DNA of 64,000 nucleotides from Squalus acanthias (lineage: Eukaryota), in assembly GCA_030390025.1 (NCBI GenBank), contig CM059427.1, positions 51,212,001-51,276,000 of the forward strand. The letters are read 5' to 3'. The notes under the pieces were generated by a model. It was not told the DNA's origin, searched no databases, and was given only the letters and a program-made list of their open reading frames with translations. The translations under genes and the position numbers were made by a program. Positions 12,990-26,578 of this stretch are shown one piece after another; positions within the stretch are counted from its first letter, which is position 1; every line of letters begins with the position of its first letter.

Positions 12990-15340
12990 GGTATTATGTA
13001 ATGAGAAAGGATTAATTAGCAATCTTGTTGTGCGAGGCCCCTTGGGGAGGAGCGATCATAATATGATAGAATTCTTCATTAAGATGGAGAGTGAAGTAAT
13101 TGACTCGGAGACTGCGGTCCTGAATTTAAATAAAGGAAACTACGATGGTATGAGGTGCGAGTTGGCTAGGATGGATTGGGGAGCGTTACTTAAAGGGTTG
13201 ATGGTGGATAGGCAATGGCAAACATTTAAAGATCGCATGGATGAACTACAGAATTTGTTCATTCCTGTTTGGCATAAAAATAAAACAAAAAAGGTGACTC
13301 AACCGTGGCTAACAAGGGAAATTAGGGATAGCACAAGATCCAAGGAGAGGACATATAAATTGGCCAGAAAAAGCAGCAAACCTGAGGATTGGGAGCAGTT
13401 TAAGATTTAGCAAAGGAGGACAAAGGGATTAATTAAGAGGGGGAAAATAGAATATGAGAGTAAGCTTTCAGGGAACATAAAAACTGACTGTAAAAGCTTC
13501 TATAGATATGTGAAGAGAAAAAGATTGTTGAAGTCAAGCGTAGGTCCCTTGAAGTCAGAATCAGGGGAATTTATAGTGGGGAACAAAGAAATGTCAGACC
13601 AATTAAATATATACTTTGGTTCTGTCTTCACAAAGGAGGAATCAAATAAACTCCCAGAGATGTTGGGGACCATAGGGTCTAATGAGAGGGAGGAATTGAA
13701 TGAAATCAGTATTTGTAGGGAAATGGTGTTAGGGAAATTGATGGGATTGAAGGCCGATAAATCCCCAGGGCCTGATAATCTACATCCTAGGGCACTTAAG
13801 GAAGTGGCCCTAGAAATAGTAGATGCATTGCTGGTCATCTTTCAAAATTCTATAGACTCTGGAACAGTTCCCATGGATTGGAGGGTAGCTAATGTAACCC
13901 CACTATTTAAAAAAGGTGGTAGAGAAAAAATGGGGAATTATAGACCGGTAAGCCTGACATCGGTAGTGGGCAAAATGCTAGAGTCCATTATAAAAGATGT
14001 AATAGCAGAACACTTGGAAAACAGTGACAGGATCGGACAAAGTCAACATGGATTTACAAAAGGTAAATCATGCCTGACTAATCTACTGGAATTTTTTGAG
14101 GATGTAACTGATAGAATAGATATGGGAGAACCAGTGGATGTGGTGTATTTGGACTTTCAGAAGGCTTTCGATAAGGTCCCGCATAAGAGATTAGCGTGCA
14201 AAGTTAAAGCACATGGGATTGGGGGTGAGGTACTGATTTGGATAGAGAACTGGTTGGCAGACAGGAAACAAAGAGTTGGAATAAACGGGTCTTTTTCCGA
14301 GTGGCAGGCAGTGACTAGTGGGGTACCGCAGAGATTGGTGCTAGGACCCCAGCTATTCACAATATATATTAATGATCTAGATGAGGGAACTAGATATAAT
14401 ATCTCTAAGTTTGCAGACGACACAAAGCTGGGTGGGCGTGTGTGCTGTGAGGAGGATGCAGATAAACTCCAATATGATTTGGACAGGTTGGGTGATTGGG
14501 CAGATGCATGGCAGATGCAGTATAATGTGGATAAATGCGAGGTTATCCACTTTGGTGGCAAAAACAGAAAGGCAGATTATTATCTGAATGGCAATAGATT
14601 GGGAAAAGGGGAAGTGCAACGAGATCTGGCAGTCCTTGTGCACCAGTCGCTGAAGGTAAGCATGCAGGTGCAGCAGGCGGTTAAGGCGGCAAATGGTATG
14701 TTGGCCTTCATAGCGAGAGGATTCGAGTGCAGGAGCAAGGATGTCTTGCAGCAGTTGTACAAGGCCTTGGTGAGACCACACCTTGAGTATTGTGTGCAGT
14801 TTTGGTCGCCTTATCTGAGAAAGGATGTTCTTGCCATGGAGGGAGTGTAGCGAAGCTTTACCAGACTGATACCTGGGATGGCAGGAATGACGTATGAAGA
14901 GAGATTGGGTCGATTAGGCTTATATTCGCTAGAGTTTAGAAGAATGAGAGGGGATCTCATTGAAACTTATAAAATTCTAACAGGACTAGACAGACTAGAT
15001 GCAGGAAGGATATTCCCGATGCGATGGGAGTCCAGAACCAGAGGTCACAGTCTAAGGATAAGGGGTAAGCCATTTAGGACTGAGATGAGGAGGAATTTCT
15101 TCACCCAGAGAGTGGTGAACCTGTGGAATTCTCTACCACAGAAGGCAGTAGAGGCCAATTCATTAAATATATTCAAGAAGGAGATAGATATATTTCTTGA
15201 GGCTAAAGGGATCAAGGGATATGGGGAGAAAGCAGGGACAGGGTACTGAATTTGGATGATCAGCCATGATCTCATTGCATGGCGGAGCAGGCTTGAGGGG
15301 CCGAATGGCCTACTCCTGCACTTATCTTCTATGCTTCTAT
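12985..15340 (+). mobile_element. 5'-truncated young CR1 LINE nested in another CR1
   Basis: RT ORF 13510-14850 (GPD..., [13 protein letters not shown]), stops at 13408 and 14848, tail TTCTATGCTTCTAT. Same family as 53042-57419. Confidence 0.95.
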
Positions 15341-18292
15341 GCTCCAGTTGTGGCCTAACCAGCGCTTTATAAAGGTTCAGTATAACTTCTCTACTTTTGT
15401 ACTCAATACCTCTATTGATGAAGCCCAAGATCCCATTTGCTTTGTTAACCACTCTCTCAATATGTCCTGCCACCTTCAGGGACCTATGCACATTAACTCC
15501 CAGGTCCCTCTGTCCCTGAACACTCTTTAAAACTGTGCCATTAAGTGTATATTGCTGCTCCCTGTTCCTTCTGCCAAAATGCATCACCTCACATTTCTCT
15601 GTATTAAATTCCATCTGCCACTTGTCTGCCATTCTGCTAACCTTTCTATGACCTGTTGCAGTCGATTGGTATCATCATCACTGTTTGCCACACCCCCAAG
15701 TTTGGTGTCATCGGCAAATTTAGAAATTCTACTCTGTATTCCAATATCCAGGTCATTTATATATATCAAAAAAAGCAGTGGCCCCAGCACTGACCCTTGG
15801 GGAACACCACTGTTGACCATCCTCCAGTCTGAAAAACAGCCGTTTACCACAACTCACTGTTTTCTGTCCTTCAGCCAATTCCTTATCAAAGCTGCCACTG
15901 ACCCATCTATTCCATGAGCCTCAATATTGTTAACCAGCCTTCTATGTGGTACTTTGTCAAATGCCTTCCGAAAATCCATGTAAACAACATCCATTGCATT
16001 CCCTTCATCAATCCTCTGTGTTACTTCATCAAAAAATTAAATTAGATTAGTCAAACACAATCTGCCTTTTACAAATCCGTGTTGGCTCTCCTTAATTAGC
16101 TAAAACTTCTCCAAGTGCCCGTTAACTTTTTCCTTGATTATTGTTTCTAAAACTTTACCCACCACTGATGTTAAACTGTAGTTACTAGGATTGTCCTTAC
16201 ACCCTTTCTTGAACAATGGTGTCACATTTGCCACTTTCCAATCATCAGGCACCTCCCCCGCATCTAGGGAAGATTGGAAAATTATGGCAAGCCCTTCCGC
16301 TATCTCATCCCCCAATTCTCTTAGCAACCTGGAATGCAAGCCATCTGGACCAGGTGACTTGCCCACTCTAAGCATACCCATCCTTTCTAGTACATCCTGT
16401 CTATCAATTTTCACCCCTTCCATTGCTTCTACCTTTTCCACTTCTACTGATATTTTGTCAGCATCCACCTCCTTAGTAAACACCAATACAAAGTACTCAT
16501 TGAGTATTCTAGCCTTGCCCTGCGCCTCTAAGCATATATCACCTTCATTGTCTCTAATAGGCCCCACCCTGCCTCTTACTACCCGCTTACTGTTTACATG
16601 CCGGAAGAATATTTTTGGGTTCGCTTTTATGTTAACCGCCATTCTACTCTCATATTCTTTCTTTGCCAGTCTTATTTTCATCTTCACATCCCCTCTCAAC
16701 TTATTGTATTTGGTCTGGTTCTCCCTTGAAGAATTCACCTGACATTCATCATACACCCTCTTTTTTTGTTTCATCATCTTCTCTATCTTCCTCGTCATCC
16801 AAGGAGCCCTTGCTTTGGTTGCCTTACCCTTCCCTCTTGTTGGAATGTACCTAGCCTGTACTTGGAACATCTCCTCTTTAAAGATCATCCATTGTTCCAT
16901 TACAGTTTTTCCTGTCAGTCTTTGGTTCCATTTTACCCTGGCTAGATCCTTTCGCATCCCATTGAAGTTAGCCCTATTCCAGTTTAGAAGTTCCACTCTA
17001 GATTGTTCCTTGCTCCTCTCCATTGCTAATCTAAATCTTATGATACGATGATCACTCGTACCCAAGTGTTCTCCCACAGACACTTGGTCAACCTGGCCCA
17101 CCTCATTCCCAGCATCAGATCCAGCAATGCCTCCTTCCTAGTTGTGCCAAGAATATATTGGTCAAGGAAATTCTCCTGAACACATTTCAGAAATTCCTCC
17201 CCCTCCTTTCCCTTTACCCTAGCATTATCCCAATTGATATTTGGGTAATTAAAGTCCCTCAATATCACCACTCTATAACTCTTGCATATCTCTGCGATTT
17301 CCCTGCAGATTTGCTCGTCTACCTCCCTCTCACTATTTGGAGGCTTATAGAATACTCCCAATAGCGTGATCATACCCTTTTTGCTCCTCAACTCTAATCA
17401 AATGGATTCTGTCCTTGTCCCCTCAAGAACATCCTCCCTTTCCAACACTACAATGTCTTCCTTAATTAGCACTGCCACCCCACCTCCCTTTTTTCCTTCC
17501 CTATCTTTTCTGAACACCTTGTACCCTTGAATATTAAGTGCCCAGTCCTCACCGTTTTTAAGCCACGCTTCCTTTATTGCCACAACATCATATTGCCACA
17601 TGACTAATTGTGCTTGTCGCTCACCAACCTTATTCACCACACTTTGTGCATTTACATACATGCGTTCTAAACCCATTTCTGAATTTTTCGTAGTCTTTCT
17701 TAGTATGCTCCTATCTAATATGGTACTACTACCGCCTCTAGTACTATCTTCTCTGATACTATCCAACACAATCACTCTTTTATGCACCTTATTCCTCTTT
17801 TCTACTCCTATATGCTGGTGCCCATCCCCCTGCCAAACTAGTTTAAACCCTCCCCAACAACACTAACAAACCTCCCCGTGAGAATATTGGTCCCGGCTCT
17901 GTTGAGGTGTAACCCGTCTGGCTTGTACAGGTCCCACCTTCCCCAGAAACGGTCCCAATGCCTCAGGAACCTAAAGCCCTCCCTTCTACACCATCTCTCC
18001 AGCCACGCATTCATCTGTTCTATCCTCCTATTCCTGTACTCACTAGCATGTGGCACCGGGAGTAATCCGGAGGTTACTACCTTTGAGGTCCTGCTTTTTA
18101 TTCTCTCTCCTAGCTCCCTAAAATCTGCCTGCAGGGCCTCATCCCTCTTTCTGCCTATGTCGTTGGTACCGATATGGACAATGACCTCTGGCTGTTCACC
18201 CTCTGGCTGTTCACCCTCCCCCCTCAGTGTGTCCTGCAGCCGCTCAGTGACATCCTTGACCCTGGCACCAGGGAGGCAACATACCATCCTGG
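15341..18292 (-). mobile_element. CR1 LINE 5'/middle part (ORF1 esterase remnant, APE endonuclease, RT)
   Basis: CCLPGARV...HIGTNDIG...DGLHLN (ORF1), YVNAQS/DFNYP (APE), [14 protein letters not shown] (RT). Multiple frameshifts. Confidence 0.93.
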
Positions 18293-19190
18293 AGTGTACA
18301 GGCAGAGACAATACTAGCTGCATTTCACCAAGGAGCAGTATGTGTGGTTGCTTCACTTTTCAAAAGAAGCCAGCACATAGCTATATCACTTGCTGCAAGC
18401 AAACCTACAGCCCACCTCCATCACAAGCACCAATGTTACAACTGCCCTTAATGTCTTTCAGACTGCCACTGGGGACATCAGTAATGGTAGTGAAACAGAT
18501 CAAACAAGTTGTGGAGGTATTGTTCTCCAGAGCTAGTGATTTCAGCAGCTTCTCTTTGGACAATCGGCAGCAGCACTGCAATTAACAGAATGACAGGATA
18601 CCTGAGATTCCAAGTAGCCATTGGTAACACCTGCAATGCCATATGTGCTCCTGTGATCAATCCTATATGTACATAAACAGCAAAGGATTCCACTGTCTCA
18701 ATTTGCAGTTTGTTTGCAATGGCCGCATGCCATAATGCAAGTGAATGCTCACTTCCCTGTGAGCTGCTATGTAATCTTCATTTTAAGGAACTCCACTGTG
18801 CCATTTTCTTTGACTTAGAAAGGCAAGTCTCTGGGTGGCTCCTGGGAAATTAAAACTGTTTCTACAGCTATGGCTGATGAGACCTATGCACTTTCTCAGC
18901 CCAGCTGACCGCCACTATAACTAGGTCCATTCATCCAACGAGTCATTGAGTAAAACATTGGCACGTTGAAAGTATGAGTCAGTTGCCTGGATTGCTTTGG
19001 AGGTGTTTTGAAATATATTCTGTCTAAGGTCTCAAGGATAATGTGGTATGTTGCATGTTTCACAAATCTGCCTTACAGAAGGGACCTACTCATGGAGGCC
19101 TCAGAGAACAAACGTCCCCATGGGTTTTGAGAGAAACAACAGCAGTAGCCTGAAGATGATTGAAGCCATTCCTGATTCTGTTTGCAAGAC
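18293..19190 (+). pseudogene. Decayed Harbinger (HARBI1-like DDE) transposase
   Basis: VYRQRQY*LHFTKEQ, YINSKGFHCLNLQFVCN, IMQVNAHFPVSCYVIFIL. Confidence 0.75.
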
Positions 19191-19230
19191 ACTTGTGTTT
19201 CATTCTGATCTGAGAAACCTTCTCTTGACT

Positions 19231-19683
19231 AAGAAAGAAAGACTTGCATTTATATAGTGCCTTTCACGACCACTGAACGTCCCAAAGTGCTTTACAGTCA
19301 ATGCAGTACTCTTTGAAGTGTAATCACTGTTGTAATGTAGGAAACGTGGCAACAATTTGCGCACAGCAAGCTCCCACAAACAGCAATGTGATAATGACCA
19401 GATAATCTGTTTTAGTGATGTTGGTTGATGGATAAATATTGGCCAGGACACTGGGGATAACTCCCCTGCTCTTCTTTGAAATAGTGCCATGGGATCTTTT
19501 ACGTCCACTGAGAGAGCAGACGGGGCCTCAGTTTAACGTCTCATCTGAAAGACGGCACCTCCGACAGTGCAGCACTCCCTCAGCGCTGCACTGGAGTGTC
19601 AGCCTAGATTTTGGTGCTCAAGTCTCTGGAGTGGGACTTGAACCCACAACCTTCTGACTCAGAGGTGACTGAGCCACTATGAC
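19231..19683 (-). mobile_element. Deu-domain SINE (SacSINE1-like)
   Basis: Reverse complement of 5142-5568, with a (TCTT)n tail. Confidence 0.9.
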
Positions 19684-19899
19684 TACCCCATCTGGCCACT
19701 GCATTAATGGTTCTGTCTACATCTACCCATTTTCCACACAAATATCTCATGTACAGACGCTGCTCTGTGTGTGCCAACTCAAATAGACCCCTTTCACACC
19801 ACCTGATAGGAACAATTCCTAACAACAGTGTCTGCAAATGCAACTACTTTAGAGCGACAGCAATTTTAACGAAAACCCATATTGTGCTTCTAAAAAAAA

Positions 19900-20255
19900 A
19901 TAACTTGCATTTATATAGCTTCTTTCCTGACCTCAAAACCTGACCTTTCGGGGCGACTCAAAACGCTTCACAGCCAATGAAATACTTTTGAAGTGTAGAC
20001 ACAGTTGTAACTTAGGGAAATGTGGTAACCAAATCGTGCATAGCAAGGTTCCATAAAGAGCAATGAAATAAGTGACTAGATAGTCTGTTTTAGTGATATT
20101 GATTAACGGATAAATATTGGCCAGGACACTAGGGGAACTCCCGAGCAATTGGTCAGTACTGCACTAACGTGTCAGCCTCGATTCTGTACTCAAGGCTCTG
20201 GAGTGAGTATTGAACCCATGACCTTCTGCTTCCGAGGCAAAAGTGCCATCACTGA
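19900..20255 (-). mobile_element. Older, internally deleted Deu-SINE
   Basis: ACTTGCATTTATATAG tail, GATAAATATTGGCCAGGACAC core, TTGAACCC B-box. Confidence 0.75.
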
Positions 20256-21443
20256 GTTAAAGCTGACATAATTGGTGTAAATGAGTGATGTGTGAACTCT
20301 TGAATTAGGCTTATGCTTCTCCTAGGTGGCAGGAGTGCATAAGGTGGCTTCTTGCTATGCTTCAATAGGATGCTCTTGGGACTGAAGTGACTGAAGTCCT
20401 GCCACATATTTAGACATTGGAGAAGGTTGGTGGAAGGGCCTGCACATGCTACCGTTGGGCACACATAATTCTGCTGTTTCTCACAATCAGCGAAGCTCAC
20501 CCTAATTATTTAAATTAAGTTAATCCCAGAAAATGTATCCCGTGGGCACAGGTTGCATACAAGCTTACTTTTACTCCGGGTTTAACCTAAACAGAAGATT
20601 TATGGCAGTATGGAATGTAGAAACACGGGGAGGTATGATGTTGATGTATGATATGATGTGACAAAATATTGGATAATCTAAAAATATATTAAGTGAGCCA
20701 GTGACTCATGAACTGCCTGATGGGAAATGATATTTTGTTTGTTGTCTCTGCCACTGTTGCTGACTAATGAACTGACAGAAGTTTCATGTACAATGGATCG
20801 GCATTCAGATCAATCACTTGGCAAATCATTGTGTCCCCTCAGTCTCCACAGTTTTCCCTTTCAAAACTCTTTTTTCAGCTTTCAAAACAGATATTTGTGC
20901 ATTTCCCTTTTTGACTCTAACATGGTCACCAAAACAAAAGAGAAACCTTCTGCTTTGGTGCGGATTACAAATCATTCATTAAAAATGTCAGCTTGTGATG
21001 AATGTATCGTTTGTGTGCTATCCCAGTTGGACTGAGCTTAGTGCGTGCACCATGCAAATGGAAAATTGTGTCCAACATTTTATTAGTCTCCGTCACACTT
21101 TATGCGCAGAAATCTTGAGCAGCAGGATTCCAATATTTCCGTCAATAAAACCAGAATGTTGAATATGTCCACAGTTTATTTGGCACTCATGGAACCCAAA
21201 CTCCCTAGGCAAAGCCCATCTGAAATAAAACAACATTTGCAAATCCTCTTCAGAGAAACATGAGAGCAAAAAATAATGCTTCCAGACTGCTAGAGTACTA
21301 CATTTAATTGTGTCGCATGCTAATAATGGTGACTACTTTTAATTAACAGCTTTTAATGGGCAAAGCTGGCCTTTTGGTGCAATTATTCCTTTAATCAATT
21401 CAATATTAAAGAAAAATTAAATCCTTGGACAAGTAGAGATCTT

Positions 21444-21805
21444 GGGGTAGAGTTTTCGTTTTGGGTGCAATTGGGAAATTGAGTCCAAAATGTGCTTGAA
21501 ATTGCACTGTTTAGGTTGCAGTTCATTTTCTGCAAAAATTAATTTACATAATCACAAACTTAAAATCTGCCTTGAACCAGTGCAATCGGGCAGCAAAATA
21601 GAGCGTAATTGTTTCTTTTTTTAATATAGTTCCATTCAAATATTATTCCTTGATGTATTTAAGAGTGGTAACCTGGAAAAATCAGCAAAAATAAGCTTTT
21701 TTCATAAAGATGTCCAGTCTCCACATATGAGTAACCTAATTTAAAATCACTGAAAACGACTTAAACAAACTATACTGAACCATTTAATAGCGGAAACTCT
21801 ACCCC
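21444..21805. mobile_element. Harbinger-type MITE (362 bp)
   Basis: Perfect 12-bp TIR GGGGTAGAGTTT / AAACTCTACCCC, TSD CTT. Confidence 0.85.
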
Positions 21806-22479
21806 CTTATATTTTCAGAAAAGTCAGGTTTTTTTTAAACTGACGTTTCATGGTGACAATCTAAAAAGCATTAAATATAAAGTAAGTGAGAAACAGCAAT
21901 ATGGAATCTGTCATTTTAAACATCTGAGAGATTTGAGCATCATTCGTTCAGTATTTTTGATACTGTGATTTGTGCCTATTGCACATCATATGCAAACATA
22001 TCTGGGATAATTTTCATCTCCATTGCACCCATGTGTGACCACTTCTGGAAAAAGGGGCAGAGATCCCTTTTGCCTAGCCTTCACCCTGTTTGTATCTCAC
22101 GTGTGCTTCTGGATGCAGATCCAGCGAGGATCAATTAAAAGCACCTGAAACAGACATTGCAATACCAATGAAATACAAAGACTTAAAGGTGACATCGTTG
22201 GGATTTGGGAATCAATTTCCTCCATTTCTGCTGGTCACATTCCTGTACAGAAAGCACCCATACAAATTGAATATTCTGCTCAGCTGTGCTACACTTCAAA
22301 TGCTCAGTACTTTGAAGAGACAGACACCAGCTCATTTTTTGGCCACTAAGGTGATAAAATTCGCATTTGCAATAGCCCTGCGCTGTGGGCAGCAAATACG
22401 AGTAACAGCTGGAGGGTTCTGTGTACCCAACATCTCCCTTTGCATTTGGCCGTGCCATTTGGAATATCTTTGTGCATGT

Positions 22480-23560
22480 GCTAAATGGAACAAGAAAAGG
22501 AAGATGAAGCATGTATGGATGCCAGGGAATGAAGGCATTATCTTTGTAGGAGGGCATGTACCCGCCCTTACGCTGCCACTCAAACACATTGGACCCATAA
22601 GAATTATTTGGGCCTCACAGAGCAGCAATGCCTTCGGAGGCTTCAGTTCACAAGATTGGTAGTTGCAGAGCTGTGCAACATGCTACAGGTTAACGTGCAA
22701 CCAAAGTCCAGCAGAGGCATGGCACTGACGGGTGGGGTCAAAATAACAAGCCTTGAGCTTTTATTTGCTTAAGGTCCTTTCCAGGAGGTCTGTGGGGCCA
22801 TTACAACACTAGTCAGTCTATAGTGCATTGCTACATAAAACAGGTGACTGGTGCCTTGTTTGTCAGAGCAAACAACTGCATCACTTTCACCTTAGACACC
22901 AGGGAACAACAGGCCCAAGGCCTAGGTTTCAATTGGAATGTAGGGATTTCCAGAAGTATTGGGTAGAATTCATGGCACCCATGTTGCCCTTTGTGCTCCT
23001 GCTAACAGGAGCACCTCAGACACAAACTGCAAGAGCTTATACTTGATCAAGGTTCAACTTGTAGTTGACCATCTCTACCGGTTACTGTAGATCATTGCCC
23101 AATTCCCAAGCAGCAGTCATGATTCATTTATTGCATGTCAGTCCACCATGCAACCACAATTTGTTGATATCTAGCAAGTTCAGGGGCTCAATCCTGGTTG
23201 ACCAAGGATAGCCGCTGCTACCTTGGCCTACAACCGCTCTGTGGTATCCTCACACACGAGCTGAGCACAGATACAAGGTGTATGGCTCCACCAAGTGCGT
23301 CATCTATCATGTCATAGATGTGCTGAGGCAGCACTTCCAGTGTCTTTTCAGGTCAGAGGGTGTCTTACAGTACAACCCTGCTAAAATTTCCCTGATTATC
23401 GTGGTCTGCTGCATGCTTCATAACATCTTGATTGAAAGAAGCAGCCATATAGAGCAGCTGCAGCCAGAGCCCTCAGAAGAGAGGCTAGAGGATGTGACAG
23501 AAGAGTCCTAAGAGGCAGCAGCACCAGCCTATTCGGCAGCTGCAAGAGCTATTTGCCAGA
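22480..23560 (+). pseudogene. Decayed Harbinger (HARBI1-like) transposase
   Basis: ELCNMLQ..QPKS...VKIT, GFPEVLGRIHGTHVALCAP, QFPSSSHDSFI, LVDQG*PL, STKCVIYHVIDVLRQHFQCLFRSEGVLQYNP...VVCCMLHN. Confidence 0.85.
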
Positions 23561-23839
23561 TTCAGGACATATTCTCTTAAACACAACAGGAACCCGTATT
23601 ATTTTCACTCCTCCTGCTATCTTCACCATCTCCTGTAATAAATCACAATCCTGAACATTTGTATACCCACCGTACATATCTGCAGCCACACTGTTTCATT
23701 TGTGATAATGGGGTAAGAAAAATGGTGTACTATTGTAGCAGTTACTGTGCTGGAATAATTTATTGGCAAAAATGACACGTGTACCTGAACCTTGTGCCTG
23801 CTACCACTGTGCTTACCCTTACTATCAGCGGGTGTCTTG

Positions 23840-24560
23840 TGCCTAATCTGGTGTTTCTTCTCCGTGTAGTTCCCATGGCTGGTGCTTGTGATCTGGCTGG
23901 TAGTGAAGTATCTGATAGACTCCTGGGATCAAAGTGACTCTCGAACTCTGGGAGTATGGGCCCACTACATCTGCTGCTACTGTTCTGTGAGGGAGGGGGG
24001 AAGTTATGAGGAAAAGGACTGGATGTGAGGATGTATTTTTATTATGAGACACCTTCCATTGTCAGGTCTGACCTTCCCCGCTCCCAGGCTCCATGGCACC
24101 ATGCCAGGTAAAATGTGAGCCAACAGATCCTATAGCAACAATGTCATTACTAATGCCACTATCAAAGGTTCTTTCCATTCGATTGGACATCTGTCTAAGG
24201 ATGAGGTGAGATTGGAACCCAAGGCTTTTACGGCAGAAGTTTGAATGTTCAGGAGAGTTGCAAAGCCTTGCATAATGGCCGCTGCCATGAAGGGCTGTGT
24301 TGCAGATACCCCTGGATCTGCCATTAGTTCTAAGGCTGACTTGCATGCTTGTGATCCTGTACATTTCAACCCACACATGCGGGTTGTGGGGCCTTCCACA
24401 CTTGCCGCCATGTGTTGAAAGATCTTAGGCAAGTCCCACAATGACTCCAACAATCTCTTGTGCTTCTTTTAAAAGCTGTGCCCAGCGGAGTCGGATCTCT
24501 GTCCTCTCCAGGTGTGGATGGTGGCAACAGCACCCTCAATCCTGGTGCTTCTTGCTCCTC
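23840..24560 (-). pseudogene. Probable remnant of the convergent second (Myb/SANT partner) Harbinger gene, C-terminal part
   Basis: Convergent to the transposase, degenerate ORFs (LESLWDLPKIFQHMAASVE). No diagnostic domain is left. Confidence 0.35.
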
Positions 24561-24629
24561 CCTTGAATTTAGGAAACAATTATGTTATTAGGAATTTCTT
24601 TCTCAAAACAATTTAAACCTCTGAGAAAG

Positions 24630-25270
24630 ACATTTCTAATAGCATAATTATAGAATAAAATTGCAGGGTGGCAATGATAAATTTAACATGAACCTTGGTT
24701 AGATCACACTTGGAGTACAGTTGTGCAGGTGTGCAGTTCTGGTCTGTATACTATAAAAATATTATTGAACCACTGGAGAAAGTGCCGAAAAGATTTATAA
24801 GGATTACTACCAGAATTGAGAGGATGCAACTGTCAGGAAAGATTGAGCCAGCTGGGGTTCTTTTCTTTGGAAAAGAGAAGGCTAAGAGGAGACCTGATCG
24901 AGGGCTTTACAATTACACAGGAGATTTATAGGGTAGATCTGGAGAAAACGTTTCCACGTGGGTGAGTCTAGAACAAGGGGGCATAAATATGAAATGGCCA
25001 CTAACTGATCAAATAAAGAATTTAGGAGGAATTTCTTTACACTAAGTACAGTAGTGAAAATGTGGAACTTGCTGCCATATGGTGTGGTTGAAGTAATAGC
25101 ATTGATGCAGTTAAGGGAAGGCTTGATGCATATATGAGGGAGAGAGCCACAGAGGGATATGGGGGCAGAGTGGGAAGACGTAATTAGAGAGGAAGGAGGC
25201 TCTTGTGGAGTATAAACACCAGCATAGACCAGTTGGGCCGAATGGCCTGTTACTTTGCTGCAGATTCTAG
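24630..25270 (+). mobile_element. Old CR1 3' fragment
   Basis: VRSHLEY...VQFWSVYYK...LEKVPKRF, and 3' UTR GGGCCGAATGGCCTG. Confidence 0.8.
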
Positions 25271-25669
25271 GTTTAAAAAACCCACCGTCAAGCCACAGTG
25301 AGTCTAAATCTTAACCCTGAGGTGCAAATGCTGTTGGTGACATTTGAGGATGATTTTCAACATATTTCTGACGGGTTTCCAAATGTGTTATAGTCAAAGA
25401 GCTTCTAGGTGTTAATATACTGGTGGACAGTTGGGATGTGTGAACCTGAAGTGAACTGGATTGGAGCATTTTGGTTCATTTGTAAATATCCGAGTTGGGC
25501 TCAGTTTGTTCACAAGACATTTGGATCATTTTTAAAATCCTTTTTTTCCCATTTTTTCCCTTTTATGGTCCTTGTGACGTGGAAATGCAACATCTCTCAC
25601 TGCAAAGTTGGACTGGCAATCTGCTCCCAGACAGTTAATGTTGCACCTTTACTGCAAGCTGCTCGCTAA

Positions 25670-26578
25670 CTTTTTCCAGTTCTGACGAAAGGCCATCGAC
25701 CTGAAACGTTGGGCTGGATTTTCCTGCGTTCCTCCCCTCCCCCACCGCATGTTGCGGGGGGACCCGGGAGACGGCAGGAACCCCAGAAGTTTGGGTTTCC
25801 CGGCACGCTGTGAAGTTTTAACTCCACAGCGTGCATATGACGGAAAGGGTGGGTTCCCCGCCCAGAAGTCAGCCTGATTGACAGGTTGTCTTCCAGTCGT
25901 GCGGGGAATGTGGACGAGGAGGCCACAGGACCAGGTAGGTGCTGGGCCCAGGATGGGGGCGGGGGGGGTGGTTCCAATGCTGGGGGGGAGCTCCCATCCC
26001 CGGGAGGGGTCCGATCCCCGACCCCAGGGCTGAGTCGTGATCCCGGTGGGTGGGGAGGGGTATGCCAGGCCCGGGGGAGGGGGAGTCGTGTCCGATCCCC
26101 GACCCCGGGGAAAGGCAGGCTGATGGTAGGGGAGCTTGGGGGGCCGGGAGGAAGCACTCCTGCTCCTCCCGGCCCACAAGGATTGCTCCCCGAGGCTGAG
26201 GCCGCCTCATTGCAGCCACCAGGAATCTTGAGCCCCGGGATCCCCAGCCGCCTGAAGTAAAACCAGCAAAGCAGGTAAAAGTAGAGGCTTCAGGCCTCAT
26301 TATAATATTTAAATTGCCAACCCGCCTCCTGGCAGCGGGTTGGCAGCCCGCCCCCCCGTCCCGCCTGAGTGAAAGGTGAAAGTGGGCGGGTTGGGGTCGG
26401 AATTTACATTTTTACATCTTTCACTTCCCCCACGCCTCCAACCCACCCGTTATACCTGTGAAAATTCCGGCCGTTAACTTTGTTTCTCTCTCCACAGATG
26501 CTGCCTGACCTGCTGAGTATTTCCAGCATTTTCTGTTTTTATTTCAGATTTCAAGCATCTGCAGTATTTTGCTTTTTA
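25670..26578 (+). mobile_element. Penelope-like terminal repeat with hammerhead motif (family 2), interrupted by a MITE
   Basis: CCAGTT-CTGACGA-AAGGCCATCGACCT-GAAA-CGTT|AACT, followed by CAGATGCTGCCTGACCTGCTGAGTATTTCCAGCATT. Confidence 0.75.
25711..26472. mobile_element. G-rich Harbinger-type MITE
   Basis: TIRs GGGCTGGATTTT / AAAATTCCGGCC, TSD GTT. Confidence 0.85.

Noticed and set aside
12358-13410. 350-aa ORF on +
   Set aside because: A chance chimera of MITE end, antisense CR1 and the start of the nested CR1 ORF2, not a gene.
22480-23560. Possible host HARBI1 gene
   Set aside because: Stops, frameshifts and altered catalytic motifs. Several similar relics nearby indicate transposon decay.
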